Positions 10,526-25,801 of a stretch of 64,000 nucleotides of DNA are shown piece by piece. Every line of letters begins with the position of its first letter. Within the stretch, counting starts at the first letter, position 1. A program made the translations under genes and the position numbers. The stretch spans positions 61,018 to 125,017 of the forward strand of contig JBDHHQ010000002.1 of NCBI GenBank assembly GCA_039589315.1. Direction: 5' to 3'. This stretch comes from Gemmatimonadota bacterium (GTDB taxonomy: Bacteria > Gemmatimonadota > Gemmatimonadetes > Longimicrobiales > Gaopeijiaceae). Below the pieces are notes generated by a model, which made no database searches, was not told the origin of the DNA, and saw only the letters and a list, made by a program, of their open reading frames with translations.

Positions 10526-10682
10526 GAAGCTCTCCGGTCCATTCGAGGTCTCGCGCCGTCCCCCCCATGCGGACGAGGCGCCAAGATGGTAATCGACCCT
10601 GGCGCCCGAGTCCATGCATCCGCCCGATCGCAGACCCTTCCTAGAACTCCTTAATCTCTATTCTACAGAGTTATGGATATGT

Positions 10683-11678
10683 CTACTTGATGCGACTTCT
10701 CAGGTCGTCCAGCTCGTCCCTGACCTGGGCCACCATCTCGGCAAGGAGGCCGAAGCCCAAGAGCAGGAATCCCAGCGTCTCGAGCAACATGACCAGGTAG
10801 AGGAGCGGGCGGAATCCCACGCCCTGCACGAAACGGAAGTAGAGGGCGACCACGCCCACGACGGTCCCGACGGCAATGAGGGCGAACCCGCTGAAGCCGA
10901 AGAGGATGAGGGGCTTGCGGGAGAACAGCAGCAGGAACCACACCGATACGAGATCCAGCAGTCCCACGACGATCCGCCACGAGCCCGTGTACTTCGACGA
11001 TCCGGCCCGGCGGGGATGCAGGTCGATGTCGATCTCCGTGACGCTATAGCCTCGGGCATGGGCCAGTACCACGAAGAACCGGTGCCAATCGTGCCGGAGT
11101 GGGACCTCCTCGAGGATATCTCTTCTGAACGCCTTCATGGAGTTCAGGTCCGAGACGGGCACCTTGAAGATCCGCCGGCTCAGCCGGTTGTAGACCGAGG
11201 AGACGCCCCGCTTGTCATAGGGTCCCACCTTGCGACCCGTGACCATGTCCCAGCCGGACTGAAGCTCGGCGAGGAAACGGGGAATCTCGTCTGGAAGGTG
11301 CTGCAGGTCGGCGTCGAACAGCACCAGATAGCGGCACTCCGTATCCCGGGCGGCCGTCAATATCGCCTCGGTCTTGCCGAGATTGGTCCCGTGGGTCAGG
11401 ACACGCAGACTCGTCCACCCCTGCCCTTCCCGCCGAGCCGTCTCGGCAGTGGCGTCGGTCGACCCATCGTCCACCAACAGAACCTCGCCCGTGAGCCGGT
11501 AGCGGTCGAACGCGGCTCGCAGCTCACGGATGAGCTCGGGCACGACCTCGGCCTCGTTGTAGGCGGGAATCACGACTGCGAAGTCCCGACGGGTCGCATC
11601 CGTGAGGCTCGCCGCCGCGTCCAGGGCGGCAGTCATGGAAGAATCCCTCGGTGCCAGGGCTTCCTGAGACATGTGCAA
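10683..11678 (-). CDS. Glycosyltransferase family 2 (ArnC/GtrB/Dpm1-like, undecaprenyl-phosphate sugar transferase)
   Basis: Motifs VIPAYNE, VDDGSTD and FDADLQH, plus two C-terminal TM helices. Start uncertain by a few codons. Confidence 0.9.
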   Translation of the reverse strand: MHMSQEALAPRDSSMTAALDAAASLTDATRRDFAVVIPAYNEAEVVPELIRELRAAFDRYRLTGEVLLVDDGSTDATAETARREGQGWTSLRVLTHGTNLGKTEAILTAARDTECRYLVLFDADLQHLPDEIPRFLAELQSGWDMVTGRKVGPYDKRGVSSVYNRLSRRIFKVPVSDLNSMKAFRRDILEEVPLRHDWHRFFVVLAHARGYSVTEIDIDLHPRRAGSSKYTGSWRIVVGLLDLVSVWFLLLFSRKPLILFGFSGFALIAVGTVVGVVALYFRFVQGVGFRPLLYLVMLLETLGFLLLGFGLLAEMVAQVRDELDDLRSRIK

Positions 11679-11751
11679 GCTGTCGGAGGGGACGGAGCGT
11701 GTTTCGACCGTTAACCTAACAGGTTGAGCGGGGGGTCGGCCCCCTCGAGAC

Positions 11752-13257
11752 TCAGACGCGCTTCCGCATGCGCGCCGGCAGGATCGCGAGCTGGTCCCTG
11801 TACTTGGCCACGGTCCGTCGTGCGATCTTGACCCCGTCGGTCTTCAGGAGGTTGACGATGGCCTGATCGGTGAGGGGCCTTTGTTCGTCCTCGTCCTCCA
11901 CGAGCTTCTGGATCTTGGCCTTCACACCGCGGGCGCTGATGTTCTCACCGCTGGTAGTGGACAACCCGCTCGAGAAGAAGAACTTCAGCGGGTACACGCC
12001 TCGTGGCGTCTGCACGAACTTCTCGTTCGTGACGCGGGAAACCGTGGACTCGTGCATGTCTATGTGGTCGGCCACCTCCCGCAGCGTCAGGGGCTTCAGG
12101 TATTGGACGCCTCGCTCGAAGAAGTCCCGCTGCCGATCGACGATGAAGTTCATGACCTTGAGCATGGTCTGACGCCGCTGCTCGATGGCCTGAATCATCC
12201 AGTTGGCCGAATTGAGCTTGCTGGCGATGAACTCCTTGTTCGCGCCCTGGAACTTGTTCTTGTCCCGGGCGACCTCGCGATAGGACTGGGAGAGGCGGAG
12301 GCGCGGGAGGTTGGTGTCGTTGGCGAACACCATGTACTCGCCGTCGATCTTGTCCACGATCAGGTCGGGGATGACGTATTGCTCGAGCTCTGCCGAATGC
12401 TTGAGACCCGGCTTGGGGTCGAGCTTGGCGATCTCGTCCGCGGCATCCTGGACCTCCCGCGGGCTGATCTCCATGGCCCGCGCGATGTCCGCCCAGCGGT
12501 GGCTGATCAGGTCCTCGAAGTGGGTCTGGGCGATGGCATAGGCCAACGTGTCGGATAGATCCAGCCGTCGAAGCTGGATCAGGATCGATTCGCGCAGGTC
12601 ACGGGCGGCTACGCCAGGCGGATCGAATTCCTGGATCCGCATGAGCATCTCTTCGGCTTCTTCCAGGCAGTACGGCCGGAACTGCCGCTCGACGGTCTGA
12701 AGGGCCTGCGCCCGCTCCTCCGAGTCCTCGATGGCCCGTGCATCGGAGTGCGCGGCCTCGCGCTCGGCGTCGAGCCACTGGTTGAGGGCAGCCGCCACTT
12801 CCTCCAACGGGTATGACACGGAGCCATCGTCGTCCACGTTACCGATGATCTCCTCGCCCAGAATGTGCTCGCGGGCGGACAGGGACAGAAGCCGAAGCTG
12901 ATCGATCAGAAAGCCCTGAAGATCCCTCCGCTCCACCTGAGTCGGCTGGTAGTACTCGCGCTCTTCGTACTGCTGGCGACGGCCTCCGACGTCGAAGCCG
13001 TCGAGGAGTATCTCCTCCCAATCGATCTCGTTCTCGTCCTCTTCCCCGTCGTTCTCCTCTTCGAGCTCCACGTCGTCCTGGACGTCGGCCTCACTCATCT
13101 CGAGGAAGGGGTTCTGGTTCAGCTCCTGCTTCAGGTGAATCTGCAGATCCAACAGGGGCATGTAGAGCAACTCCATCGCCTGATACAGGCGTGGGTTGAT
13201 CTTCATCTCCTGCCTGAGTTGGGTGCTCTGGAACAGCTTTGCGTTGAATCCGCTCAT
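11752..13257 (-). CDS. rpoN: RNA polymerase sigma-54 factor
   Basis: Q/L-rich region I, HTH HESTVSR and RpoN box ARRTVAKYR. Confidence 0.97.
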   Translation of the reverse strand: MSGFNAKLFQSTQLRQEMKINPRLYQAMELLYMPLLDLQIHLKQELNQNPFLEMSEADVQDDVELEEENDGEEDENEIDWEEILLDGFDVGGRRQQYEEREYYQPTQVERRDLQGFLIDQLRLLSLSAREHILGEEIIGNVDDDGSVSYPLEEVAAALNQWLDAEREAAHSDARAIEDSEERAQALQTVERQFRPYCLEEAEEMLMRIQEFDPPGVAARDLRESILIQLRRLDLSDTLAYAIAQTHFEDLISHRWADIARAMEISPREVQDAADEIAKLDPKPGLKHSAELEQYVIPDLIVDKIDGEYMVFANDTNLPRLRLSQSYREVARDKNKFQGANKEFIASKLNSANWMIQAIEQRRQTMLKVMNFIVDRQRDFFERGVQYLKPLTLREVADHIDMHESTVSRVTNEKFVQTPRGVYPLKFFFSSGLSTTSGENISARGVKAKIQKLVEDEDEQRPLTDQAIVNLLKTDGVKIARRTVAKYRDQLAILPARMRKRV

Positions 13258-14453
13258 ACTACTTTCGCCACGGGCCGTTCGTATCGTTGCCGCATGCGTT
13301 GTGTCAGGGTGGGCCCAAGATAGATGTCGGCAACTTCGTCATTCCAGACGAGTTCGGAAACCGTCCCGCTGACCCGGATCCGCCCTTCGTACATGATGTA
13401 AGCCCGGTCCACGATCTCCAGGGTCTGCTCGACGTTGTGGTCCGTGATGATGACGCCGATGCCCCGATGCTTCAACTCGCCGACGATTTGCTGGATGTCG
13501 TTCACCGCGATGGGGTCGATTCCCGCGAACGGCTCGTCCAGCAACATGAACTTCGGTCGCTGCACCAGGGCCCGGGTGATCTCGAGCCTTCTGCGCTCAC
13601 CGCCGGACAGGGAATACGCCTTGTTGTCCCGGAGGTGGGTGAGGGAGAGCTCGGCCAAAAGCCCCTCCAGACGTTGCCGTCGTTCCTGGCGGGGCAGCTT
13701 GATGGTCTCGAGGATGGCGAGGACGTTCTCCTCGACCGTGAGCTTCCGAAACACCGACGGCTCCTGCGCGAGGTACCCGACGCCCATGCGTGCCCTCTTG
13801 AACATGGGCACGTTCGTGATCTCCTTCTCGTCGAGGTGCACGCTGCCGGTGTTGGGTGGAATCAACCCCACGATCATGTAGAAGGTCGTGGTCTTGCCCG
13901 CCCCATTGGGTCCGAGAAGCCCGACGATTTCGCCCTGCTCCACCTCGATGGCGACGTCGTTCACCACCTTGCGCTTGCGGTACACTTTGGTGAGATCGTG
14001 GGCATGAAGGCGGCTTCCCTCACCAGGCGTGATGCCATGCGAGGCTACGTCGGCGTCGTCCCGGCTCGACAGCCGCTGCACGGCAGCGTCGGCCTCCTCC
14101 TGCGCCTGTGGCCGGGCACTGCGTAGCGCGTCCCAGAGGTCGGCGCGAAAGGCCAACCCCTCCCATCCCTCGCCGGGCGGCTGCCGCACCACCATCCGGC
14201 GGGCTTCCAGACGGGCCACCAACTCTTCCAGGTACCGGACCATGCCACGCTCCCCGGGCTGCTCTCTTCCCGGAGCGGCGGATCGGTCGGACAGCTGCTG
14301 GTAGGCCTCCCGCACGGCCGCGACCCACGTCCCCCGATCGGCGCTGCCCAGGTCGTCGGCTGCACGGAGAAGCTCGGCCAGGGCCACCGACACGGAGAGG
14401 TCGTGGCGGGAGAGGCCAGCGACGTAGGCCACGAACTCCTGGAGGGTATTCAC
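13254..14453 (-). CDS. lptB: LPS export ABC transporter ATPase LptB with a ~145-aa N-terminal extension
   Basis: [45 protein letters not shown] and ITDHN. GTG start at 14453 overlaps the upstream stop. Confidence 0.93.
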   Translation of the reverse strand: MNTLQEFVAYVAGLSRHDLSVSVALAELLRAADDLGSADRGTWVAAVREAYQQLSDRSAAPGREQPGERGMVRYLEELVARLEARRMVVRQPPGEGWEGLAFRADLWDALRSARPQAQEEADAAVQRLSSRDDADVASHGITPGEGSRLHAHDLTKVYRKRKVVNDVAIEVEQGEIVGLLGPNGAGKTTTFYMIVGLIPPNTGSVHLDEKEITNVPMFKRARMGVGYLAQEPSVFRKLTVEENVLAILETIKLPRQERRQRLEGLLAELSLTHLRDNKAYSLSGGERRRLEITRALVQRPKFMLLDEPFAGIDPIAVNDIQQIVGELKHRGIGVIITDHNVEQTLEIVDRAYIMYEGRIRVSGTVSELVWNDEVADIYLGPTLTQRMRQRYERPVAKVV

Positions 14454-16702
14454 GGCATCTCCTGGTCTCGCGTCCACGCTGGCCCACCCGCGCTCGCGGC
14501 GCCTGGCGTGTCAGGAAGGGGGGAGGGCGTGGGCCCGGAGAGCTCCCCGTCCAGCGCCGTCCCGGAAGAGTCCGAGGGGGTGGCTCCGGATGCTGCGGTG
14601 TCCGCAGCGGGAGGGATCGGCAAGGCCACCGTGTCGGCCACGGCGGAATCCGGGGGAAGCGAATCCGGCAGCGCCGGCACGGCCAGCGGCTCCAGGTGGT
14701 ATCCACGGGTCTGGCCCGACACCTCCATGGATGTGATCTCGCCATCCTGCATTCGGATCGTGATCTCCGCTCCGGTGACGTAGTGGAGGGCCAGGCGCCC
14801 CGCAGCCGGAGCGCCCGTCGTGTCGGAGGGCGTCATGCGGTACAGACTCCGGGCCGAGCCCTGAGCGACGATGCGATCGACCGTGTACTGGCCTCCGGGC
14901 TCGCCCGGCGTGGCAGCCGAGTCGGCAGCCCGTGCGGTGGCAGCCGAAAGCAGCGCGGCAACCGCCGCGGCCGAGTCCAGGGGCGGTGGCGCGGCGGCGG
15001 AGTCCAGGGCCAGCACGGCGGCGGCCGAGTCCACGAGTGGTGAGGCCGGAGCCGAGTCGGGGGTCTCCGCGGTCGCGGTCGAATCCAGAGCCAGCGCGGC
15101 GGCAGCCGAGTCCACGAGCGATGGGACCGGAGCCGAGTCGGGGGTCTCCGCGGCGGCGGCTGAATCCAGAGCCAGTGCGGCGGCAGCCGACACCGGCTTG
15201 AAGTAGGCCACGATCGTGCGTCCCTCCATCCAGTCCCGTCTCGCGACCTCGGGCGTATCCTCGGTATTGAGGGAGTCGCGGCTCAAGGACTCGCCCCGGG
15301 CCGAGCCCACGGCCACGACCTGCTCCAGGATCTCGTTTGGAGCCACGACTTCGAGGGAATCTCCCTCCAACACGAAATCCTCGGCGATCGCCCGAGGACG
15401 AGGTGGCAGCGCGGCCACGTCTTCTCCTTCCTCCTCGGTGCCGGCGGGGCCAGCGGCCGGAGCGGCGGACTCTTCCCTGGGATCCGCAGCGCTCGTGTCG
15501 GGTGGCTCCTTCACCGCGACCATCCGGTGCAGCGTGCCGTCTGCCAGGTAGATGCGGATCTCGTGGGCGCTGACGTCGACCTGCTCGCTCACCAGCAGCG
15601 CCTCTCCGATGGCCCGGACCTCGGTCGTCTGAGCGTCGTCCTCACCGAGCGAGAGAGCTGCGCCGGTGAGCTCGTACGCATCCTCCTCGATCCCCGCATT
15701 CCCCAGCAACATCACGTCACCGATCTGCTGGTCGAATTCGAGGGAGTCACCTACGGCCTCCAGGCTGTCCCTTCGGATCACGACGTCGCCCATGGCTCGA
15801 AAAAAGCGATCGCCTGCGATGGAAAACCGCGTCGCGTCGACCTCGTAGGGACGGTCGCTTCGCGCAGGCGGCGGCGTCTGCGGGCTCACCTCGGTGAGCT
15901 GCGCGTCTTGGGCGCCGCCGACGCTGTCCGAGGCGCTTGCCAGCGCGTCGGGTCCCGGCATCGTGTCGGGGGCCGCATCCGCCTGCCCCTCTGGCGCCAC
16001 CGGCTCCAGAGCGCCGACAGCGGCCCCGGCCGAGTCGGAGACCACCGACGGGTCCACCCGGCCGCGTCGGTCCGCTGGGCTCACCACGGAATCGCTCGGT
16101 GCCCCACCCGCCTCGAGCGAATCGGCGACCGGCCCTTCGGCCACCGCGATCTCGTCAGCCTCGTTCTCTGGAGCGGACGTCTCAGATCGCTCCGGAGGAA
16201 AGAGAATCGCGTGGGGGTCCCCACCGTGCACGTTGAGGATGTCCTCGGCCTGGAACCGGTTGGCGCGAATGTAGATCACAGTGTCCCCGGTGATCACCGA
16301 GTTCCTGATCTTGTCGATGATGCGGCCGTTACCCGTGGCCACGAGGCGCTTTGCGCGGTCGAAGTAGTTGGCCCGGTCAGCGTTCAGCCGCTTCTCCTGG
16401 TCCTCGAACATCACGTTGTCGAAGAGCTGCGTGTAGCCAGAGGCCTCGAAGATCACCGCGCTGTCGGCCTGGATGCGAATTCCCCCGGCACAGCGCACCT
16501 CCATGGGTCCGCTCACGTACGAGTTCGACGTGCCGTCGGAGAGGACGCGGATGTAGACCCACTGATTCCTCACCAACTCACAGTCCTGGGGATCCTGCGC
16601 GAGATCCTGGCCCGGAAACGGGATCTGGGCGCTGGCGCCCTTCACCGGCGCGAGGGCCAGCGCGGTGATGCACACGAAGAGGAACCGAGCCCGCCGCGAC
16701 AT
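14450..16702 (-). CDS. Large secreted OstA/LptA-like beta-jellyroll protein with low-complexity insertions
   Basis: Signal peptide and repeated OstA-type strands ([40 protein letters not shown]). Lies between lptC and lptB. Confidence 0.72.
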   Translation of the reverse strand: MSRRARFLFVCITALALAPVKGASAQIPFPGQDLAQDPQDCELVRNQWVYIRVLSDGTSNSYVSGPMEVRCAGGIRIQADSAVIFEASGYTQLFDNVMFEDQEKRLNADRANYFDRAKRLVATGNGRIIDKIRNSVITGDTVIYIRANRFQAEDILNVHGGDPHAILFPPERSETSAPENEADEIAVAEGPVADSLEAGGAPSDSVVSPADRRGRVDPSVVSDSAGAAVGALEPVAPEGQADAAPDTMPGPDALASASDSVGGAQDAQLTEVSPQTPPPARSDRPYEVDATRFSIAGDRFFRAMGDVVIRRDSLEAVGDSLEFDQQIGDVMLLGNAGIEEDAYELTGAALSLGEDDAQTTEVRAIGEALLVSEQVDVSAHEIRIYLADGTLHRMVAVKEPPDTSAADPREESAAPAAGPAGTEEEGEDVAALPPRPRAIAEDFVLEGDSLEVVAPNEILEQVVAVGSARGESLSRDSLNTEDTPEVARRDWMEGRTIVAYFKPVSAAAALALDSAAAAETPDSAPVPSLVDSAAAALALDSTATAETPDSAPASPLVDSAAAVLALDSAAAPPPLDSAAAVAALLSAATARAADSAATPGEPGGQYTVDRIVAQGSARSLYRMTPSDTTGAPAAGRLALHYVTGAEITIRMQDGEITSMEVSGQTRGYHLEPLAVPALPDSLPPDSAVADTVALPIPPAADTAASGATPSDSSGTALDGELSGPTPSPLPDTPGAASAGGPAWTRDQEMP
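15001..15190 (-). repeat. 81-bp (27-aa) intragenic tandem repeat, about 2.3 copies, encoding [20 protein letters not shown] units
   Basis: Units start at 15001, 15082 and 15163 (a[g/a]tccag.gccag...gagtccacgag...ggagccgagtcgggggtctccgcgg). Further degenerate DSAAA units continue to about 14920. Confidence 0.9.
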
Positions 16703-17277
16703 CAGGGTCCGCCGTTACCGGACCGACCTCGCGCGCCGAAGATCCTCACGCTGGTGAAGTCCAGGTCGGACTCGAACGCGTCACCCGTCGAGCGCCGGCC
16801 GTCGTGGATCATGACGGTGGCCGTATCGCTCCAGATGCGATCGCGATTGGGATCGTAGTTGAGCTGGGAGCTCTCGATCCGGCGGTTCTGCTCCGGAATG
16901 GTCAGGACCACGTCGCCGCGGGCCTGCATACGCTGCGTATTGGGATCGACCGCACCGCGGTTGGCGGTCACGAAGGCCCGCTCGTTCCCCGTCTCCCCGT
17001 AGAGGGTCAGCTGGAGAGAGCGAACGTCGATCTCGACGGAATCCCGATACGTGTAGGCGGTGTCGGCATAGAGGAGCGCTTCTCTGATGCCCTCCACGGT
17101 GATGTACATGCGCATCCCGAAGACCGCCTGGTCCGCCTCCAGCTCCTGGAGCTCGGAGGCCGCCACTGGTGTCTCCGGCTCCTCGCTGCAGGCGCCCGCG
17201 ACGAGGGCCAGGACGAACAGGCCCACGAGGCACCGTTCCCGCCCGGACTTCGACCGGTTCGCGTCGTCTTCGGCCAT
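16702..17277 (-). CDS. lptC: LPS export periplasmic protein LptC
   Basis: N-terminal hydrophobic or lipobox segment (VAGAC), jellyroll strands (IESSQLNYD, IWSDTATV, TGDAFESD) and synteny. Start could be 17292. Confidence 0.85.
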   Translation of the reverse strand: MAEDDANRSKSGRERCLVGLFVLALVAGACSEEPETPVAASELQELEADQAVFGMRMYITVEGIREALLYADTAYTYRDSVEIDVRSLQLTLYGETGNERAFVTANRGAVDPNTQRMQARGDVVLTIPEQNRRIESSQLNYDPNRDRIWSDTATVMIHDGRRSTGDAFESDLDFTSVRIFGARGRSGNGGP

Positions 17278-17310
17278 CACGACTTCATCCAAGGGCCAAC
17301 GGTCTCCAGC

Positions 17311-19774
<2,464 letters not shown>

Positions 19775-19841
19775 CGACTCCTCCGGAGGTGCTCAGGAGA
19801 GCCGACATCCACCAGTGCGTAGGCAATATCCACGCCGGTAA

Positions 19842-19870
19842 AAGGTAGGCCTCCGACCCCGGTGTGGCAA
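19842..19870 (-). promoter_or_regulatory. Putative sigma-70 promoter of the kdsB-pyrG-lpt-rpoN operon
   Basis: TTGCCA-17 nt-TACCTT on the minus strand, about 70 nt upstream of kdsB. Confidence 0.6.
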
Positions 19871-19911
19871 GGCGGAGGTAGACCCGGACGCACCCTGCCG
19901 CGACGCGGGAT

Positions 19912-22732
<2,821 letters not shown>

Positions 22733-22945
22733 AGCGATTCCCCGGGGAGAGCATGGCGTTCTTCCCGTGCGGACCGGGCACCCGGTCGACGGAACACGGC
22801 GTACTCTCGTCGAACCGCACCGTCTCGTAAAGGTTCCCGCCACCGAAGGCGTAGGTTTCGTGAGCACGAGGCGGCCGTTCCGCAGCACAGGCCCGGTCTT
22901 CACGAGCGGTGCACGACCGGCTCTGCACATCGGAGGACCATAGAA

Positions 22946-23992
22946 TTGTTTACACGGTGTCTGGTCTGCACGGCGCCCTTCCCCGCCAACGAGACGCTCG
23001 AGCATTTCCCCAATGCCGGGCGGGTCGCCTTCGACCCGGTGAAGGGGCGTCTGTGGGCGGTGTGCAAGGAGTGCAGGCGCTGGTCGCTGGCGCCGATCCA
23101 GGACCGGTGGGAGGCCCTGGAGGAGTTGGAGAAGCTGGTCAAGGACCGGGCCCGCCTCCTCCACCAGACGGACAACGTGGCGCTCCTCCGCTATCCGCCT
23201 CTGGAGATCGTCCGCGTCGGCCGGGCCAACCTGACCGAGGAGGCGTGGTGGAGATACGGGCGGGAGCTGCGACAGCGCCGGGAGTCCTACAAGAAGCTCA
23301 CCTTCGCCGGCACGATCGCGGCGGGCGCAGCCGCCTGGGGCGGCCTGGCCAGCGGGGGGCTCGGATGGCTGGGCGCGTGGATCCTGTGGGAGCACGCGCC
23401 CGACAAGCTTACCCAGGGCGCGCGTTGGCTGCGCTTCGGCAGCACCGCTTGGCGGGGAAACCGTCGCTGCGAGAGGTGCGGCCACCGCTTCTCGAGCCTG
23501 GCGTACCGTGACCGGAGCGGGCTGATCCTGCGTCCCGGCGACGCCGAGGACGACCCGGGAGGCGAGTCGGCGCTCGGCATCGTGAAGCGCTGCCCGCGTT
23601 GCGGTGGTCACCTGGGGGCGGGCCTGACGCTGACGGGCCTGGAAGCCGAGCGGACGCTCAGGCGCGTGCTCGCCTACCACCACTTCGCGGGAGCGTCCGA
23701 GCGCCGCGTGGAATCGGCGACCCGCCTCATCCAGGAGGCCGGCTCGGCGGGCGACGCCGCCCGCCTGCTGGTTCGTCAGGGCAAGCACCTCGGAGAGCTC
23801 CGCCGCACCGGGGCCATCGCCCTGGAGATCGCCGCGAACGAGCACGCGGAGCAGCGGCTGCTGGAGCTGGAGCTGGCGGACCTCGAGAACCGCTGGCGAG
23901 AGGAGGAAGAGCTTGCCGCCATCATCGACGGCGAGTTGACGCCGGTTCCCCTCCTCGAGACCCTGCGACGCAAGGCCACGGGCCGGGGATGA
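22946..23992 (+). CDS. Hypothetical protein with four CxxC pairs (two zinc ribbons) and a Gly/Ala-rich TM segment
   Basis: GGAGG RBS before the TTG start. CLVC, CKEC, CERC and CPRC pairs, and a C-terminal coiled coil. Confidence 0.8.
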   Translation: MFTRCLVCTAPFPANETLEHFPNAGRVAFDPVKGRLWAVCKECRRWSLAPIQDRWEALEELEKLVKDRARLLHQTDNVALLRYPPLEIVRVGRANLTEEAWWRYGRELRQRRESYKKLTFAGTIAAGAAAWGGLASGGLGWLGAWILWEHAPDKLTQGARWLRFGSTAWRGNRRCERCGHRFSSLAYRDRSGLILRPGDAEDDPGGESALGIVKRCPRCGGHLGAGLTLTGLEAERTLRRVLAYHHFAGASERRVESATRLIQEAGSAGDAARLLVRQGKHLGELRRTGAIALEIAANEHAEQRLLELELADLENRWREEEELAAIIDGELTPVPLLETLRRKATGRG

Positions 23993-24081
23993 AGATCCCT
24001 CTGGCGCCCCACGAACGTCGCCGCTAGCCTGCGGGCGATCCCCAACCCCAGGTCACGAACCGGAAGCAGACGCCCGACTCC

Positions 24082-25725
24082 ATGACCTCACCGCTGGCCT
24101 TCCTCCTCTCAATGGCCCTCGTGGCTCCCACCCCACTGCAGGACCCCGAGCCCAAGGGTGGGTTCGACGAGCTGGCCGATGGGTTTCTGGCTTTCCATCT
24201 CTACTTCAACCCAGTGCGTGCATCACTCGCTGGCGAGAGAGATTACGACTCACGACTGCCTGACGTGAGCCGGGCAGCCTTGCGAGCGAGAGCCGAGGCG
24301 TACCAGCTATGGCTGGATCGCCTGGGCTCCGTCGATCCCGCACGTTCGGTCGGAGACGCTCGGGAGGACCGGGTCCTTCTGGAGCGCGCCATCCGGGCGG
24401 AACTGCTGGACCTCGTGGAGGTGCGCAGGTGGGAGCGGGATCCGGCGTTCTACCTGGACCTGATCGCTTCGGGTGTGGCCATCCTCGTGGAGGACACGGG
24501 GATTCCCCTGCGGAACAGGATGAACGCCCTCACCTCCCGGCTGCGCCAGGTGTCGACAGTCCTCGCCGAGGCCCGTACCAACCTCCGCGGAGGGGTCCCG
24601 GAGGTCTTCGTCGACCCGTCGCTGCGAGGTGCCACGCGCCTGGAGGCGTTCCTGAGCACCGACGTATCCCGGGCATTCGCGGCGGTGCCGCCCGGTCCGG
24701 GACGGGACGACTTCACCCGCGCCCTCTCCCGGGCGGCTGCCGAGGTGGCCGAGTACAGCAACTTCCTGGCGCGCGAGGTCCCCCGCGGCGGAGACTTCCG
24801 CCTGGGTCCAGATCGCCTGGGCTGGCTGCTCCGATACCGGGAGCACATCGACGAGTCGGCGGCCGAGATCGTCGCTCTCATCGACGCCGAGATCGTCGAG
24901 GAGCGAGCCCGACTGGAGAGCCTGGGCGGCTCGAGCGACGCGGCGGCCGGAACGCTCTCAGGGGAAGCCGGACGCGCGACCGCGGCCGCCCGCGACTTGA
25001 TGACAGCGGCCCGGGGCCTCGTATTCCGTTCTCTTTTCGTGACGATCCCCTCGGACGAGCAACCGCGGGTGGCGACCCGGTCGCCCCTGTTCGCCTGGGA
25101 AGAGCCCGACGTCTGGGGACCGGGCCCCCTCCAGCCCTACGACGGGCCCTCTACCCTGTACCTGATCGAGGACATTGCGTCCGGACCCGCCAACACCGCC
25201 CAGGTGGGCGCCGCGGTGCTCGAGGCGGGGTTCCCGGGGCGATTCGTCGAGCGCCTCTATGCCCGACGGGCACCCACCCGGCTCAGGAAGGTGGTCAGAC
25301 CGGCGACGCTGCGGGCCGGTTGGTCCAGCTACGCGGCAGCGCAGCTGGTCGAGTCCGGTTTTGGATCCGAAGACCTAGCCCTCCTGGCGGCCCACACCCA
25401 GCGCCGCCTGCTCGCTCTGGCCGAGACCCGCGCCGCCATTCGAATGCACACCACCACCCTGGGTGTGGAGGACGCCGCCGCAGAGGTGATGCGCGACGCC
25501 GGAGTGAGCGCGAGCGAAGGCCGGAGCTCGGCCGTGCGTGCCGCACACCGGCCGCTCGAGGACGGGATCCTGGGGAGCCTCCAGATCCGGGCCCTCCGGG
25601 AAGACTTCCTGGCAGCCTCCGAAGACGACGAAGCCCGAGCGCAGCGGCACTTCCATGACGCCCTGTTGGCCTCGGGACTGCCACCGGCCCTGGCCCGGTC
25701 GTTGCTCCTCAGGGAGTTGCCCTGA
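24082..25725 (+). CDS. DUF885-family secreted protein, degenerate metal-site motifs
   Basis: Signal peptide. NPVRASLAGERDYDSRLPD and RRWERDP match the DUF885 N-terminus; C-terminal FHDALLASG. Confidence 0.75.
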   Translation: MTSPLAFLLSMALVAPTPLQDPEPKGGFDELADGFLAFHLYFNPVRASLAGERDYDSRLPDVSRAALRARAEAYQLWLDRLGSVDPARSVGDAREDRVLLERAIRAELLDLVEVRRWERDPAFYLDLIASGVAILVEDTGIPLRNRMNALTSRLRQVSTVLAEARTNLRGGVPEVFVDPSLRGATRLEAFLSTDVSRAFAAVPPGPGRDDFTRALSRAAAEVAEYSNFLAREVPRGGDFRLGPDRLGWLLRYREHIDESAAEIVALIDAEIVEERARLESLGGSSDAAAGTLSGEAGRATAAARDLMTAARGLVFRSLFVTIPSDEQPRVATRSPLFAWEEPDVWGPGPLQPYDGPSTLYLIEDIASGPANTAQVGAAVLEAGFPGRFVERLYARRAPTRLRKVVRPATLRAGWSSYAAAQLVESGFGSEDLALLAAHTQRRLLALAETRAAIRMHTTTLGVEDAAAEVMRDAGVSASEGRSSAVRAAHRPLEDGILGSLQIRALREDFLAASEDDEARAQRHFHDALLASGLPPALARSLLLRELP

Positions 25726-25801
25726 GCCGACCCGCTCCCTCTCCGGCGAGCCGGGGGCCCGCCCCCTTCATCGGCTCCGCACGGGTCGGTGAGAGGCCCG
25801 G

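Noticed and set aside
15001..15190. CRISPR-like repeat array
   Set aside because: The units are in-frame 81-bp coding duplications without unique spacers, and there are no cas genes.
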